From positions 1-47,891 of the forward strand of contig MRSU01009471.1 in NCBI GenBank assembly GCA_008369845.1: 47,891 bases of DNA, written 5' to 3'. This stretch comes from Trichomonas gallinae (lineage: Eukaryota). Shown in pieces: positions 44,188 to 47,891 of the stretch; the first letter of the stretch is position 1; every line of letters begins with the position of its first letter. The notes under the pieces are model-generated. The model saw only the letters and a list, made by a program, of their open reading frames with translations. It made no database searches and was not told the origin of the DNA. The position numbers and the translations under genes are program-made.

Positions 44188-44874
44188 TTACTGTGGGTAA
44201 TCAGGCATCTTCTTCTTGAAGTATTCCCTTAAAGCATAAAGCGTCTTAGGAGAGAGAGTCTCAACATTAATAACTAAATTTTCATCCTTATTATCATTCG
44301 AAATATCAGGAGCAATGATTTTTGCGACCTGTTTCAAGTCATAGTCTGATCGTGATGCAAAAATAGTACGGCTCGCTTCAATTAAAGCATCTAATTCTTT
44401 TGTCGTGAATTTGTTGTATTCTAGTGGAGTATAAGGAAGTTCTGGCAGGAATGACAACTTAGAACCCGGTGGCGGGGAGTATAGCATCTTATCGATCTTT
44501 TCTTTCCAGCCATAAACGTTTTTGATCCAGCCGTTAATTTTGCGAATGAAATATTTTCTTTTTAGCTTTTCAAAATGTTTCTGCATGTGTCGTGCGATGC
44601 AAGCGACGTAGCTGTCGTGACCATTATATAATTCACAATTTGACCACACTAAATTTACGTCTTTCTCCCATTGCGCGACGTTTTGGTATTCATTGTTTTT
44701 CAATCTGTTTAATATTGAATTTAAATCTTGAGGATTTTTAACATGCTTATTATAATTTGGATAAGCTTCTTCATTCTGATTGATTGGCTCATCGAACAGC
44801 ACTGCTCCAGGGAGCAGTAAAAGCTTCCGGGTTATCTCCTCGCATATTGCAAGGTCGGCTTGATTACCGGACAT
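44188..44874 (-). CDS. Bromodomain protein with ET-like C-terminus
   Basis: FDEPI...YPNY...NPQDL...WSNCELYN; C-terminal INVETLSPKTLYAL. Confidence 0.88.
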   Translation of the reverse strand: MSGNQADLAICEEITRKLLLLPGAVLFDEPINQNEEAYPNYNKHVKNPQDLNSILNRLKNNEYQNVAQWEKDVNLVWSNCELYNGHDSYVACIARHMQKHFEKLKRKYFIRKINGWIKNVYGWKEKIDKMLYSPPPGSKLSFLPELPYTPLEYNKFTTKELDALIEASRTIFASRSDYDLKQVAKIIAPDISNDNKDENLVINVETLSPKTLYALREYFKKKMPDYPQ

Positions 44875-45245
44875 TCGATGATGGTCTGAGAATAATAAAA
44901 AAAACTTTTGATTTTTTTTATATCTTTACGCATATTACACGAATAACTGGTTCTGCGTACTATACATATGCATTTGTTCGCTGTTATTCAAGTTTTGATA
45001 TCAATTGAAAAATATTATTTCAAATTAGAACTAAATTAATCTTATTAGACATAATTTCATAGCCGGTAAACTTCATATTTATATTATTCAGTACCAATTA
45101 TATTTTTTCATATTATCAAAATAATTTTTATATATATATTTCAACTATGCAATTTTAAATTTGAATGATCTAGCAATTAAAATAAGCATATAATATATTA
45201 GAATAATTTTGATATGGAAAATAGATAAAATTAGATTGATAACTA

Positions 45246-45752
45246 TTATTGTAAACGTGTGGTGGATGCGTGTATTTGGGAATTCGATGCTTTCATTCTT
45301 AAGTAATAATTTTGCTGAATTGTTCGAAGTTCGTACAGTTCATCATCTTTGAAATTAATCAATTCATTAACTAGCCTTTCACAACCAGCTTTGATTGTCT
45401 GTATTTCGTTATTTAGAGATTGAACTTGATATTCAAGTTGTTCTTTGGAATTTGAATCGCCTAATAAATTCTTTTTCTGGACAATCACTGATTTTCTTGA
45501 TTCTAAGGCATCTTTTTCTTTCTTCAATAAATTAACTTGAAGAATTAATGGACCATCTTCTTGAACTGTCTTTTCAATGTGCTCTGATGCTCTCTGGAAG
45601 TCTACAATTTCACAGTTGAATTTTGAATTCTGAAGAACTTCAGATAAGCAAGATTCTTGCATGAATTCGTTCTTTAGATTGTTCATTCTCACTTTCTGTG
45701 ATATATAGACCTCTTGGATCCTTTCTAGGAGCACAGAATTTGCTTCGCTCAT
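45246..45752 (-). CDS. Hypothetical coiled-coil protein
   Basis: 168-aa ORF from ATG 45752, heptad-rich. Confidence 0.65.
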   Translation of the reverse strand: MSEANSVLLERIQEVYISQKVRMNNLKNEFMQESCLSEVLQNSKFNCEIVDFQRASEHIEKTVQEDGPLILQVNLLKKEKDALESRKSVIVQKKNLLGDSNSKEQLEYQVQSLNNEIQTIKAGCERLVNELINFKDDELYELRTIQQNYYLRMKASNSQIHASTTRLQ

Positions 45753-47541
45753 CAAATTTTAATCAGTGCATCAAAATTAAATGAAAAAAAATTGACAAAA
45801 ATGATGTGAATTATAATTTAGTTTTTTTTTTTTTTTTGAATATATATTGATTTTATTTGCAAACTAAATCCAGCGATTGATTTATATAAAAAATTAGAAC
45901 ATATTGATATTGTTTATGAGATATAATATCGCTAATTATCAAATCATAATTTATCCATTAAAACAAAAACAAATAATAAGGGTCAAGCAACTCAAATAAT
46001 TTCTGTGATTCACACTATATCTACTCCAATGAAACCAGGAGATGAGTATAAACATATGTCAATGAAAATGACTGTACTATCGATTCGTAAACAACTCGAG
46101 GAACCTTGTCTGTTTAGAAAAGAAGTCCACATTTGGACAATACTAAAAACCTAATGACCTTATAACACCTGGAGAAACAGTTGATGATGAAATTGCATAA
46201 TTTCTATTGCCAATTTAATAATAGTCCTGTAACAGTTACATGGATTAATGAATTAGATGCAAGTGGCGATGCAACAGATCCTGATAGTGCCCAAGTTATT
46301 ACTTTCTTTGTGCAAATTGAAACAGACAATTATACGAACCTGACAACATTCATCTCTTCAGATAAGATTGAAACACATCCGTTCTTTTGCAAAATTAAAG
46401 ACAAACAATTTAAACCATGCCGCAATACAATTGATTTTCGATGTCAATGCAGAATAACTCAAGGAAGGCGTTAGCAACTCATTGTTCAACTTGCACAGTG
46501 TCAGCAAAGAAGAAAGATTCTTTTCGGCATTGCGAACTTATTGTCTTGCAGGAAATGGTGCAACACTCACCTATATAAAAGGACTTAAATAAGAAAACAG
46601 TGCTACATTCGAGATGAGAACAGAAGAATCGACCGGTCAATTGAAGGCAACATTATGCAATTTTTGAGGAAAAAGCTCAAAAATTCCCTAAATATCACTT
46701 AGAACCATCAAATCTCTTAATGCATGCTACGTAGTGAAAGACAATCATATCCCAAAATATAGCGAAAAATTAATTACTTGCAAGCCATTTACGGGCGCGA
46801 AAATTTTATTGATGCAATATATGATTATTTTCATTTTACAATAGAATGAAATAATCTTGTGTCGCATAAATACAATTTTGCCAATTTTGTCAAAATGGCA
46901 ATAGCATTAATTTATATTGCAGTGCAATAGAATGTCTATTTATACTGCATAATATTGAATAAAAAAGAATTCAAAAAAATCAGGAATATTTTTTTTCCGA
47001 TTTCTTCGGATTTAAATCGAAATATGGGCACTATTTCTACAATTAATAGATATAAACTGCAAAAGATCATTTTATAAAATACTGCCAACAATTAAAAGTG
47101 ACAGATTTTATTCTAAAGTTAATGTTAATAATAATGAATTTAATTTCGTGCGCACGAAAGTTTACAATTTTGTCGACATTCACTATTTTGCCTTAAGAAA
47201 TATATTTTACATGAATATTTATATTTTTGAATCGTGTGGATTATAGCATTATTCATCGATCATGACTTTCCTTCTCCTATTGAAAAATAACAATTGCCAA
47301 AATATTTTTCTGAAATTCAATCTTTTTTTGATTGAATTTTTGACAATACGATTAACCAGAATAAATTAATCATCCTTGTTTCGCACGATTTCCATGGCTT
47401 CCCAAAATTGTAGGTAACTTTTGATTAATTTTTTGACAGTTAAAATCGTTACATAGAAAATGAATATTCTCAATGATATCATTTGGATCCTGATTTTATG
47501 AAATTTTATAAATTTTGTGTAAATAATCAAAAAAAAATATC

Positions 47542-47891
47542 ATGCTTTCCTTACTTGTTGGATTAGCAATATCAAAGTCAACTGGGTATCAAGCGCCTAG
47601 TGATTCATCGAAAACTGCGTTTGATATTACGGTAGATGGTTCTTCAGTCACTAATGGCGAAGGCTTTTATGTTGCCTTCCGTGAAATAGATGAAAATAAT
47701 GAACCAGGTGCTTACCAATATATTAAATGGAATACAAATCGAGCTCTTGAAGTTGCAGATAAGTACAAAGTTTCGGTCAAACAAGAAGATGATAAAGAAG
47801 GAAGCAAACGCATTTATTTCTCTGTCCAGAACCTCCAGCTTGGCAAACCACTTAAATTCAACCTTGGTGTATTTGCTGATGCATATTTTGA
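47542..47891 (+). CDS. 5' part of a secreted/surface protein that runs off the window
   Basis: Manual translation MLSLLVGLAISKSTGYQAPSDSSKTAFDITVDG...FNLGVFADAYF, open to the window end; signal-peptide-like start. Confidence 0.75.
   Translation, partial: MLSLLVGLAISKSTGYQAPSDSSKTAFDITVDGSSVTNGEGFYVAFREIDENNEPGAYQYIKWNTNRALEVADKYKVSVKQEDDKEGSKRIYFSVQNLQLGKPLKFNLGVFADAYF

Noticed and set aside
1..47891. tRNA, rRNA or intact transposase/Maverick genes
   Set aside because: No cloverleaf, rRNA-like tract or transposase/integrase motifs were recognised by eye

Overview
AT-rich, gene-dense, almost intronless eukaryotic DNA, most consistent with a trichomonad (Trichomonas vaginalis-like). This is inferred from an exact GTATGT...ACTAACACACAG intron signature, TCA(T/C)W initiator and AAAGTGAC elements next to start codons, and typical gene families (DUF3447-type ankyrins, Pmp-like, Gly-rich, F5/8 proteins). 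About 20 single-exon genes are present, including a ricin-B lectin, VPS9-like protein, RhoGAP, two RING-finger proteins, CFAP58-like, DHX37/DHR1, a cathepsin-B-like protease, 14-3-3, a PPP phosphatase, a Rab, a WD40 protein, an exportin-like protein and a bromodomain/ET protein, plus an ankyrin pseudogene. Three things stand out. (1) An ankyrin gene (11734-13535) has intact repeats separated one by one by four TCAT-rich, frame-breaking spacers that lack trichomonad spliceosomal motifs. (2) A canonical spliceosomal intron in non-coding DNA (17463-17594) contains a compact box C/D snoRNA-like element. (3) A probable Rod/KNTC1 kinetochore homolog lies at 38261-41845. All calls are by eye; no searches were run.
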